In this document: positions 40,090 to 50,651 of the stretch, one piece after another
Layout of the letters: each line of letters opens with the position of its first letter
How positions within the stretch are numbered: position 1 is the stretch's first letter
IMG/VR virus record: IMGVR_UViG_3300020474_001461
Coordinates: 14,276 to 78,275 of that record
DNA length: 64,000 nt
Origin: a virus
Direction: 5' to 3' (one strand)
Notes under the pieces: model-generated
What the model saw: the letters and a program-made list of their open reading frames with translations, nothing else
What the model was told of the DNA's origin: nothing
The model's database searches: none
Made by a program: the position numbers and the translations under genes

Positions 40090-40101
40090 AACTAATTTTT
40101 C

Positions 40102-41097
40102 TTAAAATATGTCGTCCCAATCTTCACCTTCATTTGCCTTGCTATAATCAGTAGGTCTGATAGCGAAGAAATCCGTATGTGTTTGTCCACCTGTTAAATG
40201 GTAGAACCAATCTAATTCTGATGCTGACTCGTCATCATAGTCTGTAATGACCTCATCATATCCTAATTCTTTGTATTTTTCGTTTATTCTTCTTTTGATA
40301 AAGTTTTTAAGGTCTTCTTTTTTGAGATTTTCTAAATCACCTTTTTCAAACATTTTATCAATAAATTTTAGTTCCAAATCTAACATAGTTTCTGCTGCCT
40401 CTCTAATTACAGGTTTTGCGTCTTCTATTAGTTCGGGATACTCATTACACATATGTCTAAATAATTGAATACCCATTTTAGAGTGTAATGATTCGTCTCT
40501 TACACTCCATTTCATTTGTTGACCAATACCTTTTAGTCTGTTTCTCATTTGGAATGAGTAAAGTACTGCGAATGAAGAATAAAGTGCTACTCCTTCTGCA
40601 AATGCACTAAATATAGCAAGAGACCTTGCTACTTCAGTTCTTGCCTTTGGATTTGTTTTTAAATCCTCAAAAGTATAATCTGATGATACTTCTGCTAATG
40701 TCTCAAATCTTTCTGCTGTTGCAGGTTCGTGTAAAAATGCTTCAAAGTCTTCTAAACCTAATGATTCGTTTAGATATGAATATGCTGTTGCGTGAATGGT
40801 TTCTTGTGAACCAAACATCATTGCCATCTGTTTTATTTCATGTTTTGGAAACCAATGTGTTACCATAGTTGTCCAATAATCCGATACTGCACATTCAGTT
40901 TGAGCAAACCCAAGTAATATATTACCAACTAAGTGTTTTTCCTCAACTGACAAATTTTCATTCCAATCTTTGATGTCACCCTGCATAGGGATTTCTGTAT
41001 GTAACCAAAATGCTTGTGCTTGTTTTAACCAACCTTCTGTATAGTATTGTGGATATTCAAATGGTTTAAAGGGTATACGATTGTCAAATAATCCCAT
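40102..41097 (-). CDS. nrdB: class I ribonucleotide reductase beta subunit
   Basis: QETIHATAY, EGVALYSSF, RDESLH, DFF. Confidence 0.93.
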   Translation of the reverse strand: MGLFDNRIPFKPFEYPQYYTEGWLKQAQAFWLHTEIPMQGDIKDWNENLSVEEKHLVGNILLGFAQTECAVSDYWTTMVTHWFPKHEIKQMAMMFGSQETIHATAYSYLNESLGLEDFEAFLHEPATAERFETLAEVSSDYTFEDLKTNPKARTEVARSLAIFSAFAEGVALYSSFAVLYSFQMRNRLKGIGQQMKWSVRDESLHSKMGIQLFRHMCNEYPELIEDAKPVIREAAETMLDLELKFIDKMFEKGDLENLKKEDLKNFIKRRINEKYKELGYDEVITDYDDESASELDWFYHLTGGQTHTDFFAIRPTDYSKANEGEDWDDIF

Positions 41098-41158
41098 AAT
41101 TTCTTAAATTAATTTTTAGAGTTATACTTTTGTTTTAGTCGGTGATAATATATATGAT

Positions 41159-42517
41159 TTAAAAATCAATATCACCCGACATTTCCTTATATTTTTGCGC
41201 TAATTCTTTTCTTACTAAACTCTCCCCCTGTTTCATTTGACTTGTAGTCTTTCTACCATCAATGGAATCATCATTATAAATGTGAATTTGCCCTGTCGAA
41301 AAGTTTGCTTTAGATGGGAATGTCATTCCATCAGGTCCAAACCTATTTTTTATTACATGCCACCTACCTGTACCTGCGAGTTTGTCTTCTATTTTACGAG
41401 ATAATGATACAACAAAATCTGCTGTCATCATCTTTGAAAACGAACCTGCTATCTTAGTACCTGTAATTATGTCATCTTCTGCACCACTTCTATTAATTTG
41501 TGATGCTGTATAAACAGGTACTTCATATTCACCTGCCATACCACGAAGGTCTTCAATAATTTCTTCTAACTCTTCGTGTCTTTTTTCTTTTGTAGGACCT
41601 CTCAATAAATCTGCATAATCAACTATTACTACATCAGGTCTTTTACCTTGTAGTATCATCTTGTCCATATGTGCTTTTAGTGATGTTACACTGGCGGTTT
41701 TGGTTGGATAGTGTTTTACGACTAAATCACCTGACACAGACCCAACTGCTTTGGTCACATCTTCCATGTTGTATTTCAGATTTGCAACTGCAACTCCACT
41801 CAATACCGCATCATACCTCTGACCAACATAACCTTCATTTAATTCAAGGGTATAGTGTGCGACCACTTTACCCTTCTTCATCGCGTTTACTCCAATGTTT
41901 ATTAACGACCATGACTTACCAATACCTGGCGGTGCTGCGAATAAAATTAATTCACCCTTCCCGAAACCACCTTGTGTAATCTCATCAATAACTTGCCACC
42001 CTGTTGAAACAACGTTTCTAACAGTGTCTTCATACCTTTCTACTATCATAGATTTATATTCATGACCGATATCAGAATCTTGACCAGCTTTCATTGCTGT
42101 ATCAATGTTCTTTTTAATCATATCATATTTACCACTTTCTAATAAAGGTACTGAATCTAATATTGCGTTCTTGATAGATTGATTTTTACAAAAGTCAAGA
42201 ACTTCTTGTTTTACGAATTCTAAGTCATCACTTTCTAAATGATTCCACGCAAACTTTAGTGTATCAATAACAGAAGTTTTTAATACCTCTCGTTCTATTG
42301 AATTAATTTTAACTTTAAGAACATCTAAAGTTGGCATTTTCTCAAACTCGTTCATATATTTTAGAATGGTTCTAACTAACCACTCTGCTGCTTCAGAGTC
42401 AAAATATTCAGGTTTAATAATATCATATATTTGTCTCGTAAAAGACCTATCTGATAATATAGATGATATTACCTTATTCTGAAATGTTGTACTAAACCTT
42501 GACCCTAACTTTTCCAT
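41159..42517 (-). CDS. DnaB-like replicative helicase (gp41-like)
   Basis: APPGIGKS, TLE, VDYADL, ASQINR, KNRFG. Confidence 0.9.
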   Translation of the reverse strand: MEKLGSRFSTTFQNKVISSILSDRSFTRQIYDIIKPEYFDSEAAEWLVRTILKYMNEFEKMPTLDVLKVKINSIEREVLKTSVIDTLKFAWNHLESDDLEFVKQEVLDFCKNQSIKNAILDSVPLLESGKYDMIKKNIDTAMKAGQDSDIGHEYKSMIVERYEDTVRNVVSTGWQVIDEITQGGFGKGELILFAAPPGIGKSWSLINIGVNAMKKGKVVAHYTLELNEGYVGQRYDAVLSGVAVANLKYNMEDVTKAVGSVSGDLVVKHYPTKTASVTSLKAHMDKMILQGKRPDVVIVDYADLLRGPTKEKRHEELEEIIEDLRGMAGEYEVPVYTASQINRSGAEDDIITGTKIAGSFSKMMTADFVVSLSRKIEDKLAGTGRWHVIKNRFGPDGMTFPSKANFSTGQIHIYNDDSIDGRKTTSQMKQGESLVRKELAQKYKEMSGDIDF

Positions 42518-42522
42518 AAACT

Positions 42523-42553
42523 ATAATATACAAAATTATTTCTTAATATCAAA
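42523..42553 (-). promoter_or_regulatory. Bacteroidota-type -33/-7 promoter
   Basis: TTTG-N19-TATATTAT. Confidence 0.55.
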
Positions 42554-43588
42554 ATGATTTCTTAGATTATTTTCCAAAATGTTAAAAGAATTTCTTAACC
42601 AAGAATCTACATTTGCAAATGCTGTATATAATTTATCATACATAAACATTTTTTTAAATTCTATCATATTCAACCTATTACCTTCAGAATCCATAATTTC
42701 TCTAACATTTGATTTTATAGAAGATGATATTTCAGGGTCGTGTAATTGCATTAACTTATGATTTAACTCTATAATATCAGTATTTTCACTTAGTTTTTTT
42801 GACAACTTATCATCACACTCTGTAGAACATTTCTCAATGAATGTGTCTAAAGAAAGTTCATTTTCACCTAAAAAGGTCATTTTTTTCTCTATTGTCTTTA
42901 TACCAATACCGTTTACACCTTTTATATTATCCGATTTATCACCCATCAAACATCTGTAAAATATTAGATTTTGAGGAGTAACACCATACTCTTCTTTTAC
43001 CATTTCAGGAGTATAAAGTTTTTTCTTAGTTAATGCGTAAACAGAAACTCTGTCATCTACTAATTGTAAGAAATCTTTGTCTGATGAACAGATTGTAACT
43101 TCATTCTCAAAATAATGATTAGCAAGATATGCGATTATATCATCTGCTTCAACATAATCTATATATGTTAGTGATAAAGGTAGGATTTGTAAATATTCAA
43201 TCAGTCTACTGAATTGTTTTCTCATCGACACTTCTTGGTCTTCTAAGTCTTCGTATCCTGCTAATCTATTTAGTTTGGTTAAACCCTTTCTACCTTCTTT
43301 ATATCCCTTGTGTATTTGTTTTCTTCTATTAGAACCACCCTTACCATCAAATACTATAACAACACGAGTGGGTTTTAATGTACGGATTATTGAGGCGGTG
43401 GACAAGAGAAACCCCGTCACACCACCACAATGTTCACCGTCATCATTGAGTGCAGGAACTGCTCCAAAACATCTAATGAACTGATTAAGTCCATCGAGTA
43501 TTAAAACTCTGTCGTTTAAAGATTCATCTTTTACTTCGTTATGTTCTATACTTACTTGTTTAAGGAGTTCCTTATATCTGTTATTCAT
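42536..43588 (-). CDS. 5'-3' exonuclease / flap endonuclease (T4 RNase H-like)
   Basis: LDGLN, VFDG, YK.GR, EADD, SSDKD, GDKSDNI.GV.GIG. Confidence 0.9.
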   Translation of the reverse strand: MNNRYKELLKQVSIEHNEVKDESLNDRVLILDGLNQFIRCFGAVPALNDDGEHCGGVTGFLLSTASIIRTLKPTRVVIVFDGKGGSNRRKQIHKGYKEGRKGLTKLNRLAGYEDLEDQEVSMRKQFSRLIEYLQILPLSLTYIDYVEADDIIAYLANHYFENEVTICSSDKDFLQLVDDRVSVYALTKKKLYTPEMVKEEYGVTPQNLIFYRCLMGDKSDNIKGVNGIGIKTIEKKMTFLGENELSLDTFIEKCSTECDDKLSKKLSENTDIIELNHKLMQLHDPEISSSIKSNVREIMDSEGNRLNMIEFKKMFMYDKLYTAFANVDSWLRNSFNILENNLRNHFDIKK

Positions 43589-44708
43589 CAAAACTTGCTA
43601 CTTCAACGTTATCAATATTTGCTTCTGCACTCGATTCTTTGTAAGACATAATATATGAATTACAAATTTCATTGTAGATACTATCTTTCAACTCAGGTCT
43701 ACTATCTAATAAGTCATCCCAAGTTTTTGCTTGGAACTTTAGTTCCTCACCTGTTTCTTTATCTACATAGGTATACCAAGCTCCACTCTGAGATACTAAC
43801 TTATATGTTTTCATCATATTTAACCATGAACCATAATTGTCAATACCTCTATCAAAGTAGATATCAAAATCAACTGAACGTAATGGTGGACCCATTCTGT
43901 TCTTTATCACTTGTGCTCTTGTTTTGATACCAACTACTTGGTCTACTCCACCTATTTTAGATTTAAGTTGTCCCATTGATTTTAACCTAATTCTACAAGA
44001 AGAGTGGAATGCGATTGCTTTACCACCACTTGTAGTCCAAGGGTCACCAAAAGAAACACCTAATCTTGTTCTTAGTTGGTTTGTAAAAATTAAAGAAATT
44101 CTCTCTCTACCAATCAAGTTGGTTACTTTTCTCATTGCTTTCGATATAATGATTGCTTTTTGAGTTGCGTAACCTGCTTGGTCGTAATCTGCTGAGATTT
44201 CTACTTTAGTCGATGCCCCTGCGACTGAATCTACAACTATCGTAACTAATTTCTTTTTATCTGACGACCTTACTGACTCTATAATAGAATCAATGGCTTC
44301 AAAAATATCTTCAACTGTTTCAAGAGGGACGTATAACATCGTTTTAATATCAACACCAATCGCTTCTAAAAACTCCATATTACATGCGTTCTCAGTGTCT
44401 ATATAAACACCAAGACCACCTTGTTTTTGAGTATCTGCTATTGCATGTGCTGCTAATAAAGATTTACCACTTCCTTCTAATCCTGTAATTTCAGTAATTC
44501 TACCAACAGGTAATCCACCATTTGGTCTGTTTGAAATTGCAAGGTCTAACATTGGTGAACCTGAGGACACCCACCCGTCAAGGTCGGTGGGTGTTTGTTC
44601 ACCCCCATCTAAAAAGTATGCAACTTTGTGGTTGGATTTAAACTTTTTGTTCAGGTTGTCAGCCAAGATTGAAGATAGTTCGTCACGAACATTCTTTTTC
44701 TTTGCCAT
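43581..44708 (-). CDS. recA: RecA/UvsX recombinase
   Basis: GLEGSGKS, IDTE, VDSVA, NQLR, TSGG.A..F. Confidence 0.9.
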   Translation of the reverse strand: MAKKKNVRDELSSILADNLNKKFKSNHKVAYFLDGGEQTPTDLDGWVSSGSPMLDLAISNRPNGGLPVGRITEITGLEGSGKSLLAAHAIADTQKQGGLGVYIDTENACNMEFLEAIGVDIKTMLYVPLETVEDIFEAIDSIIESVRSSDKKKLVTIVVDSVAGASTKVEISADYDQAGYATQKAIIISKAMRKVTNLIGRERISLIFTNQLRTRLGVSFGDPWTTSGGKAIAFHSSCRIRLKSMGQLKSKIGGVDQVVGIKTRAQVIKNRMGPPLRSVDFDIYFDRGIDNYGSWLNMMKTYKLVSQSGAWYTYVDKETGEELKFQAKTWDDLLDSRPELKDSIYNEICNSYIMSYKESSAEANIDNVEVASFDE

Positions 44709-44710
44709 AT

Positions 44711-45472
44711 TTAGTCGTTAAATAAGTCGTCAAATGCCTCTTTCACATTACTCGCAGGAGAGGTAGCTTCAGTTTTCTCAGTAACTTCTACTTTAGGTTC
44801 TTGTTTCTTATCAGTAACTTCACCTGTATCTAACCATTCTTTTAACATTCCTTCCATTTCTTCATAAGAAACTTTTTTAAATAATGAAGGAAGTTCAATT
44901 TGGTCTTTAGAAGTATCTAATACATTCTTATCTTCTGATATAGGAGTTGTATTAGGTTTTACTCTGATGTAAGTTTCAGGATAAGTTTTTCCTAACTCTG
45001 CTGCTGTTTTAAATTCAACAGTGATATCTCTACCATTTACAGGGTCAGTTAAATCACCATAATCAGGGTCAGCGAAGAATCCAAGAAGTTCTTGGTATAC
45101 ATTCTTACCGAATCCCCAAAACTTAACACCTTCTGATTCCTCACCTCTTACTAAGACAGGAACATAAGTTCTCATCTTTGGAGTAAGTTTTCGTGAAAGT
45201 TGATAGTCGTCTCTATTCCCTGTTGACCTTAGTTTTTCTGCAAACTCTAATAAAGGGTCTGCCTCACCATGAGAACTTGGACTGATAATGTTCTTACCAC
45301 CAAATCCAAAATGGAAATAAAGTTCAATGAACGGGTTAGAGGGATTGTGAACGTAAGGAAGAATCCTTACTTGTTGTTTACCTGGCTGTGGTTTCCACAG
45401 ATTATCGGTTTTTGTAACTTTTGTTTGAAGCGAGTTCAAACGGTTTCTAATTGCATCTAAATCAATTGCCAT
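44711..45472 (-). CDS. single-stranded DNA-binding protein (gp32-like)
   Basis: WKP..G..VRILP, DP..GRD, acidic tail FDDLFND. Confidence 0.8.
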   Translation of the reverse strand: MAIDLDAIRNRLNSLQTKVTKTDNLWKPQPGKQQVRILPYVHNPSNPFIELYFHFGFGGKNIISPSSHGEADPLLEFAEKLRSTGNRDDYQLSRKLTPKMRTYVPVLVRGEESEGVKFWGFGKNVYQELLGFFADPDYGDLTDPVNGRDITVEFKTAAELGKTYPETYIRVKPNTTPISEDKNVLDTSKDQIELPSLFKKVSYEEMEGMLKEWLDTGEVTDKKQEPKVEVTEKTEATSPASNVKEAFDDLFND

Positions 45473-45512
45473 AATTTTACCTTTTTTAATTATTATTTAT
45501 TTATGTTAGTCA

Positions 45513-45544
45513 CTAATATACAACATTTAGTTGACAAATCCAAA
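45513..45544 (-). promoter_or_regulatory. Bacteroidota-type -33/-7 promoter
   Basis: TTTG-N20-TATATTAG; late motif also at 45583-45590. Confidence 0.65.
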
Positions 45545-45618
45545 TGTTTTTTCATTTTTTTTTAATCTTTCAATTCTACTTATATAAATATCAAAATATA
45601 ATTAGAAAACGTAGATTT

Positions 45619-46488
45619 TTAGAGGTATTTTAGTCTTGGTTTTACGGTCCACCAACTACTGTCTATAAACCTATGAATACTTTCTTTACCATAGAATTCA
45701 TCCACTGCTTTTTTGACCCCTGTATGACCACCCATATTAACATCGTAGTCATTTCCTGCCATAATTCCACCGTGTTTTAGTTTACGATTGTAAAGTTCTA
45801 TGTCAGTTCTTACATCTTGATATTCATGAGACGCGTCAATGTATATAAAATCAAAATCGTTATCCATAAATTGTTGATATACTTCTTGACTATATCCTCT
45901 GACTACATTAACCCGATTCATACCATGATTATTTTTATGGTCTCTCCACTCAATCAGATTTTGACCACATCTGTAAAGTACATTGTCCCAAGTTTCTGAA
46001 AATTTTTCATTTGCTTCTTCAGGACCTTCCCACGGGTCAATAATGTATAATTCATCAAAAATACCTGAAGACATCATCATCCTCGCTGCTTCACCCATAT
46101 AGGAACCTATTTCTAATGCTTTTCTATATCTTGGTCTTTCTTTTTGTTGAGGATGATTTAGAGGTCCACTTCCTGCTTGAAAAAAGTCTTGTGTATTAAA
46201 GTGATAATGAGTTTTTTCTAATAAATGAACCATACCAAACCAATGGTTGTTATATTTAATACCTCTCCACTCTTCAGGTGGATTAAATCTTAAACTCCAT
46301 CTATTTGGATTTATTTTTCTTGGGTCTACGAAGTCTTTACCTCTACCACCAACAGGACGGTGATTGAATCCGATAGGTTTGGTCGTTTTAATATTAGGAA
46401 TATCGTTTCCTTCTTCGTAAGGTGTCATTTCTTTGACTGTATAGACGTGTTTCCACTCTATATCATCAAGACTTTCCTGATTTATCAT
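45619..46488 (-). CDS. class I SAM-dependent methyltransferase (Methyltransf_24-like)
   Basis: LEIGSYMG, IDPW, FIYIDASH.Y, GG...GNDY. Confidence 0.8.
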   Translation of the reverse strand: MINQESLDDIEWKHVYTVKEMTPYEEGNDIPNIKTTKPIGFNHRPVGGRGKDFVDPRKINPNRWSLRFNPPEEWRGIKYNNHWFGMVHLLEKTHYHFNTQDFFQAGSGPLNHPQQKERPRYRKALEIGSYMGEAARMMMSSGIFDELYIIDPWEGPEEANEKFSETWDNVLYRCGQNLIEWRDHKNNHGMNRVNVVRGYSQEVYQQFMDNDFDFIYIDASHEYQDVRTDIELYNRKLKHGGIMAGNDYDVNMGGHTGVKKAVDEFYGKESIHRFIDSSWWTVKPRLKYL

Positions 46489-46495
46489 AACTTTT

Positions 46496-46885
46496 TTAAT
46501 TTACGTTTACTATCCTGAATAAACTTGTCTTTAATACTTTAAATCCATCACCATCTGTTAGAATCATTGAGTTTCTATAATCTTCCCAATTTACCATATA
46601 ACTTTTATCAACGATACCACCATTTAAGTGTGCAATCAAACTATTTAATGCATTTATCGTGTATAATGTGTTTGATTCCTTTTTACGATGTGTTAATATC
46701 GTATTAGGTAAAAACTTATTGTTTGGACTTGGTATAATATTGTAACTCACAACTAATTCTTTTGATGGACTTAATTTCAATATAAATATTTTTCTACTAT
46801 ATAGTTCAAATGAACCATTAACGGATTCAAGAATGTTCTCAAACTCAGATTCATTGGTAAATGTACATAACAATTGTGTTCTCAC
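46496..46885 (-). CDS. hypothetical protein (GTG start)
   Basis: QLLCTF...HRKKESNTLYTINALN. Confidence 0.65.
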   Translation of the reverse strand: MRTQLLCTFTNESEFENILESVNGSFELYSRKIFILKLSPSKELVVSYNIIPSPNNKFLPNTILTHRKKESNTLYTINALNSLIAHLNGGIVDKSYMVNWEDYRNSMILTDGDGFKVLKTSLFRIVNVN

Positions 46886-46900
46886 TCATTCTCTCCGATT

Positions 46901-48817
46901 TTACTCTTCACCATAAACATCACTTTGTGCTTTTTCAAGTCTTTTTGCAAATGATTTTTGATTTAATATCATTTCAAACTTAAATTGACCACCATATCCT
47001 CTACCATCTTCTCTAACTTTGATATCTGCTACAGGAAATATTTCACCCGATGCTTCAATTTTATATCCAACATATGGTAATGACATTTTAGGTTCACCAT
47101 TTTTATCAAATGCAGGTTCACCATTTTTATCTGTTAATTGTTTTGGTGGTTCTGCAACTAAGTTTTCTTTTAACTTTTCATAATCACTCGTTCCAAATAT
47201 TTTTTCCATTGTTTTCTTATCCAATGAATTTGGTCCGATAGCCATTGTTTCTTCACCATCTGATACTGCTTTTAGTGGAAACTCTTTTCTAATATCATTC
47301 AACATCCCTTCTTTCATTTTTGGGTTGTCTACAATTGCTTTTACTGATTTTTTACAGAATTCGACATGATTCTTATCATCGTTATCTTTTATTTCTTGAG
47401 CACTACTATTACCATTCTTTGCCATCTCTTTAATAGATGTGAATAATACATTTTGTTTATCTCTTGAATTACCTTCTAACGCCTGGTCTAAATTAATACC
47501 CTTAGATTCCATTAAATTTCTGATTGGTTGACCTTTATCTGATTTTATGAAATCTTCTACTTCTTTTCTATTGTTTTTAACAAAGTCAATATTTCTTTGT
47601 CTGGCTTTACTTCTATAAACCTTTTGATTAATTTCATCAGGTAAATCTTTATCCCATTCTTCAAAAGAACCTGCACCTGAATTTAAAAAGTTTACTTTAG
47701 TAGATTTCTTCAATGAAATTTCATCCATTACCTCAGTACCATCTGACTTTCTAACTTTCATGTACATATCGGTTGAAAATCCTTTGTTTTTCTCGTAATC
47801 TGATAGTCCCATTGCCTCAACATCTTTTTTAGTATCCCACGCAGTAGCCACTATTTCGGCACCTTCACCATATTGGTCAGTAATTCTATCTCTAATTGCT
47901 TTTCTACTTTGTTTAGTAGCCTCAATCCAACTTTTGGTAACAATTCTACTACCTTCTTTTTCCATAGAAGGATTGTTTTCAATTAATTTTTGTTCATGGT
48001 CTAATAAACTATTAGAGAACGATTCAAATTCTTCATCACTCATTGATGTACCCATCATTGTCATAAGTTCACCTGCTTGAGCACTAATTTGTCCCGCACC
48101 GCCTGGAATATCACTAAAATGTTTCCACTTGGTTGCTTTACCTTTTGGTTGTGAGTTCATCATTCTTTCCAAAGCAGTAAAATATTTTTTTGGAAACTTA
48201 GCATTTTTAATCAAATCTTTAGGTAATTCATATGGTGGTGGTGGAATTGGATTTGCCAACTGTTTGTTTCTTTCACTAAATTCCTCATCACTTGGTGGTA
48301 AATCTCTCTGATATTCTTCGGTTTTTGAAGGGTCACCTTGTTTTAAACTTTTATTCTTATCACCTACATACCCATTTTCTTGTGGTTTTGATTTTTTCGT
48401 TTCACCATCTTTAGATTTTGCCTTTTCTACTTCACCTTTTGATGGAGTTGTATGTTTAGCTGGATTTGGGTTTTTTACCTTATATACATTACCTGTCTTT
48501 ATGTTTTTGACATAAGTTTTTTCTTCAATATCTTGTTTTTTATTTTTGAGGTGTCGTTCTCTTTCAGCTGCGGTCATCATATCAAGTTTTTCACTATCAA
48601 AGTCTTTTTCCTCACCTGTTTCTTTTTCTTTCCCTGATGTTTTTTCTATTTCTTGTAAAAATTCGTATGCAAAGTCTTCGTCAACATATTCTGACAAAGT
48701 TTCGTATAGAGATTTTAAGAAGTCTTCAGTATAGATACCTTCGACTAATTTAATATCTATTTTAGACCAAACCTCTTTTAATATTTTATCTATGAATTTA
48801 GAATGGGTGTTTCTCAT
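46901..48817 (-). CDS. large protein with putative PD-(D/E)XK nuclease core, possible virion protein
   Basis: AGELMT...STDMY...EISLK; LxE-rich N-terminus; late motif upstream. Confidence 0.5.
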   Translation of the reverse strand: MRNTHSKFIDKILKEVWSKIDIKLVEGIYTEDFLKSLYETLSEYVDEDFAYEFLQEIEKTSGKEKETGEEKDFDSEKLDMMTAAERERHLKNKKQDIEEKTYVKNIKTGNVYKVKNPNPAKHTTPSKGEVEKAKSKDGETKKSKPQENGYVGDKNKSLKQGDPSKTEEYQRDLPPSDEEFSERNKQLANPIPPPPYELPKDLIKNAKFPKKYFTALERMMNSQPKGKATKWKHFSDIPGGAGQISAQAGELMTMMGTSMSDEEFESFSNSLLDHEQKLIENNPSMEKEGSRIVTKSWIEATKQSRKAIRDRITDQYGEGAEIVATAWDTKKDVEAMGLSDYEKNKGFSTDMYMKVRKSDGTEVMDEISLKKSTKVNFLNSGAGSFEEWDKDLPDEINQKVYRSKARQRNIDFVKNNRKEVEDFIKSDKGQPIRNLMESKGINLDQALEGNSRDKQNVLFTSIKEMAKNGNSSAQEIKDNDDKNHVEFCKKSVKAIVDNPKMKEGMLNDIRKEFPLKAVSDGEETMAIGPNSLDKKTMEKIFGTSDYEKLKENLVAEPPKQLTDKNGEPAFDKNGEPKMSLPYVGYKIEASGEIFPVADIKVREDGRGYGGQFKFEMILNQKSFAKRLEKAQSDVYGEE

Positions 48818-48829
48818 AACAATAAATAT

Positions 48830-50053
48830 CTAAATAATTGTATTAACCATGTTTCCGTAATTATTACCTGATTCGAGTTCAGTAGGAAACCCGTCTTTTT
48901 CCATTATTCGTTTAACTTCTTTTATATATTCAATGTCACTTTCGTGTCCATCAAATAGAATAGAATCGTATGTATATAACACGGGTAGTGTTTTTTGACC
49001 CATATTCGTTCTACTCAATTTATCTAATATAAGTATGTTTCTTTCTGTCTCAACCGATTGTAATATATAATTAAACAACTTATTTTTATTAAGTTTTTCA
49101 TCAAATTTTATTTTTCTTTGTAAAATCGGTGTAACAACTTCACGATTTCTTAAAAAATCCATCCATAGTGAATTTATATAATCAGATGTTTTCTTAAAGA
49201 ATGGAATATCGTAGTATTCATCTTCCACTCCACCATATAGTTGTCTAAATGTGATTGCTTTTGCGTCTTTGATATCTGCACCATATTGGTCTGCTAACCA
49301 TTTGTGTGCTTTCACATCTAATGGTATGTCGACTCCAATCAATTTTCCAATTAGTCTAATATGATATCCATCAAAATCAAGTTGATACAATTTACCCCCA
49401 TCAAATCGTGATACAAATCGGTCCCTAATACCACCTTCTTTTTTTAATGCTGCGTAATTAGTCCCACCAAAAGTGTTTGATGGTCTTGATGTTGTTGTAA
49501 GTGAATTATATTGAGTGTATTCTAAACCTGATTCAGTTGACAATCCATTCTGTTCTATCCATTGTAATCCTTTTGAATAAAGTTGTGAGAATTTAGAAAT
49601 TTTTACATCACCGTAAAATTTCTTCCAATCTTTAAATTGTTCATAATGTTTCCATATAGGTATCAAGTCATTTGCTCTTGGTGCGTTTCTTCGTCTGAAT
49701 ACAGTGTAAATACGTTTCTCTTCTACTTCAAAGTCTTTATCTTGCCAAAACAGTGACATTTCAACATCGTACATATTTGGTAAGAAATCATAATGATACA
49801 AGAATTCTTTTAGACCAATAACCCATACTTCCTTAAATTGACTAAAATCAACCTTTTCCTCTACTTTATCTGAATCTATATTATGGTAGTTTATAAAGAG
49901 GTCTAAGACACCATCTGATAAAATGATGGAAGATATCCTTGAGAGATTAGAATGTCTCTCTAAACTCGTTAAAATAGGGTATACGAGTATCTTTTCCCTA
50001 TTAAGTTGGGATATATGTTTCCTTAACTGTTTTGGATTATCTACAATCTTCAT
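48830..50053 (-). CDS. minimal family A DNA polymerase
   Basis: TTSRPS, LDFDGYHIRL (motif A), AKAITFRQLYG (motif B), NYILQS, LYTYDSILFD (motif C). Confidence 0.75.
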   Translation of the reverse strand: MKIVDNPKQLRKHISQLNREKILVYPILTSLERHSNLSRISSIILSDGVLDLFINYHNIDSDKVEEKVDFSQFKEVWVIGLKEFLYHYDFLPNMYDVEMSLFWQDKDFEVEEKRIYTVFRRRNAPRANDLIPIWKHYEQFKDWKKFYGDVKISKFSQLYSKGLQWIEQNGLSTESGLEYTQYNSLTTTSRPSNTFGGTNYAALKKEGGIRDRFVSRFDGGKLYQLDFDGYHIRLIGKLIGVDIPLDVKAHKWLADQYGADIKDAKAITFRQLYGGVEDEYYDIPFFKKTSDYINSLWMDFLRNREVVTPILQRKIKFDEKLNKNKLFNYILQSVETERNILILDKLSRTNMGQKTLPVLYTYDSILFDGHESDIEYIKEVKRIMEKDGFPTELESGNNYGNMVNTII

Positions 50054-50059
50054 GCGTAA

Positions 50060-50091
50060 CTAATATACGAAACTTTTACTAATTATCCAAA
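50060..50091 (-). promoter_or_regulatory. Bacteroidota-type -33/-7 promoter
   Basis: TTTG-N20-TATATTAG. Confidence 0.65.
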
Positions 50092-50322
50092 TCTTTTGTC
50101 TGAAATCGTATAATTGTAAAGTCTACCACAATCATCATCTTCATCTACAAGATTTTCGGTTATTGTTAGGTAGTCGGGTATAATGTTTTTTAAACCTTCT
50201 ATATCAATAGTACTCCAATACCCGAATCTTATTGTTAATCCATCTGATTCATACCCAATTTCAAAATCAGATGAACCGTACCATTTTTTAATTTCTTTAA
50301 ATATCTTATATCCTAATCTCAT
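50083..50322 (-). CDS. hypothetical protein
   Basis: ORF in early operon. Confidence 0.55.
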   Translation of the reverse strand: MRLGYKIFKEIKKWYGSSDFEIGYESDGLTIRFGYWSTIDIEGLKNIIPDYLTITENLVDEDDDCGRLYNYTISDKRFG

Positions 50323-50323
50323 A

Positions 50324-50641
50324 TTAATATCCTATAAATTCTAAATCAACTTTTTCAACTAATCCTTTTTCAACATAATAAGGATACTCTTCATTCAACC
50401 AATAGTTTTGAACATTGTAAATTTCATCGTGAACATCTGCGTAAAGTTCATCGATACTATATGAGTCACCATATTGAATACCACCACAAAGAACCATCAG
50501 TTCATTAAGTTTATCAAAATCATTTTGATGTTTTACAATAGATTTTTCGATATTTTTTTTCATCATATCTGCTACCTTGTCATTATGGTCATACATTTCT
50601 TTTGACCAAGGTTTTGTAATTTTTATTCCGTATTTAATCAT
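50324..50641 (-). CDS. hypothetical protein
   Basis: ORF in early operon. Confidence 0.55.
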   Translation of the reverse strand: MIKYGIKITKPWSKEMYDHNDKVADMMKKNIEKSIVKHQNDFDKLNELMVLCGGIQYGDSYSIDELYADVHDEIYNVQNYWLNEEYPYYVEKGLVEKVDLEFIGY

Positions 50642-50651
50642 AATTTTTATT

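Noticed and set aside
45619-46488. Methyltransferase as the DNA cytosine methylase
   Set aside because: No PC or ENV C5-MTase motifs and no DPPY-type motif; resembles small-molecule/sugar Methyltransf_24.
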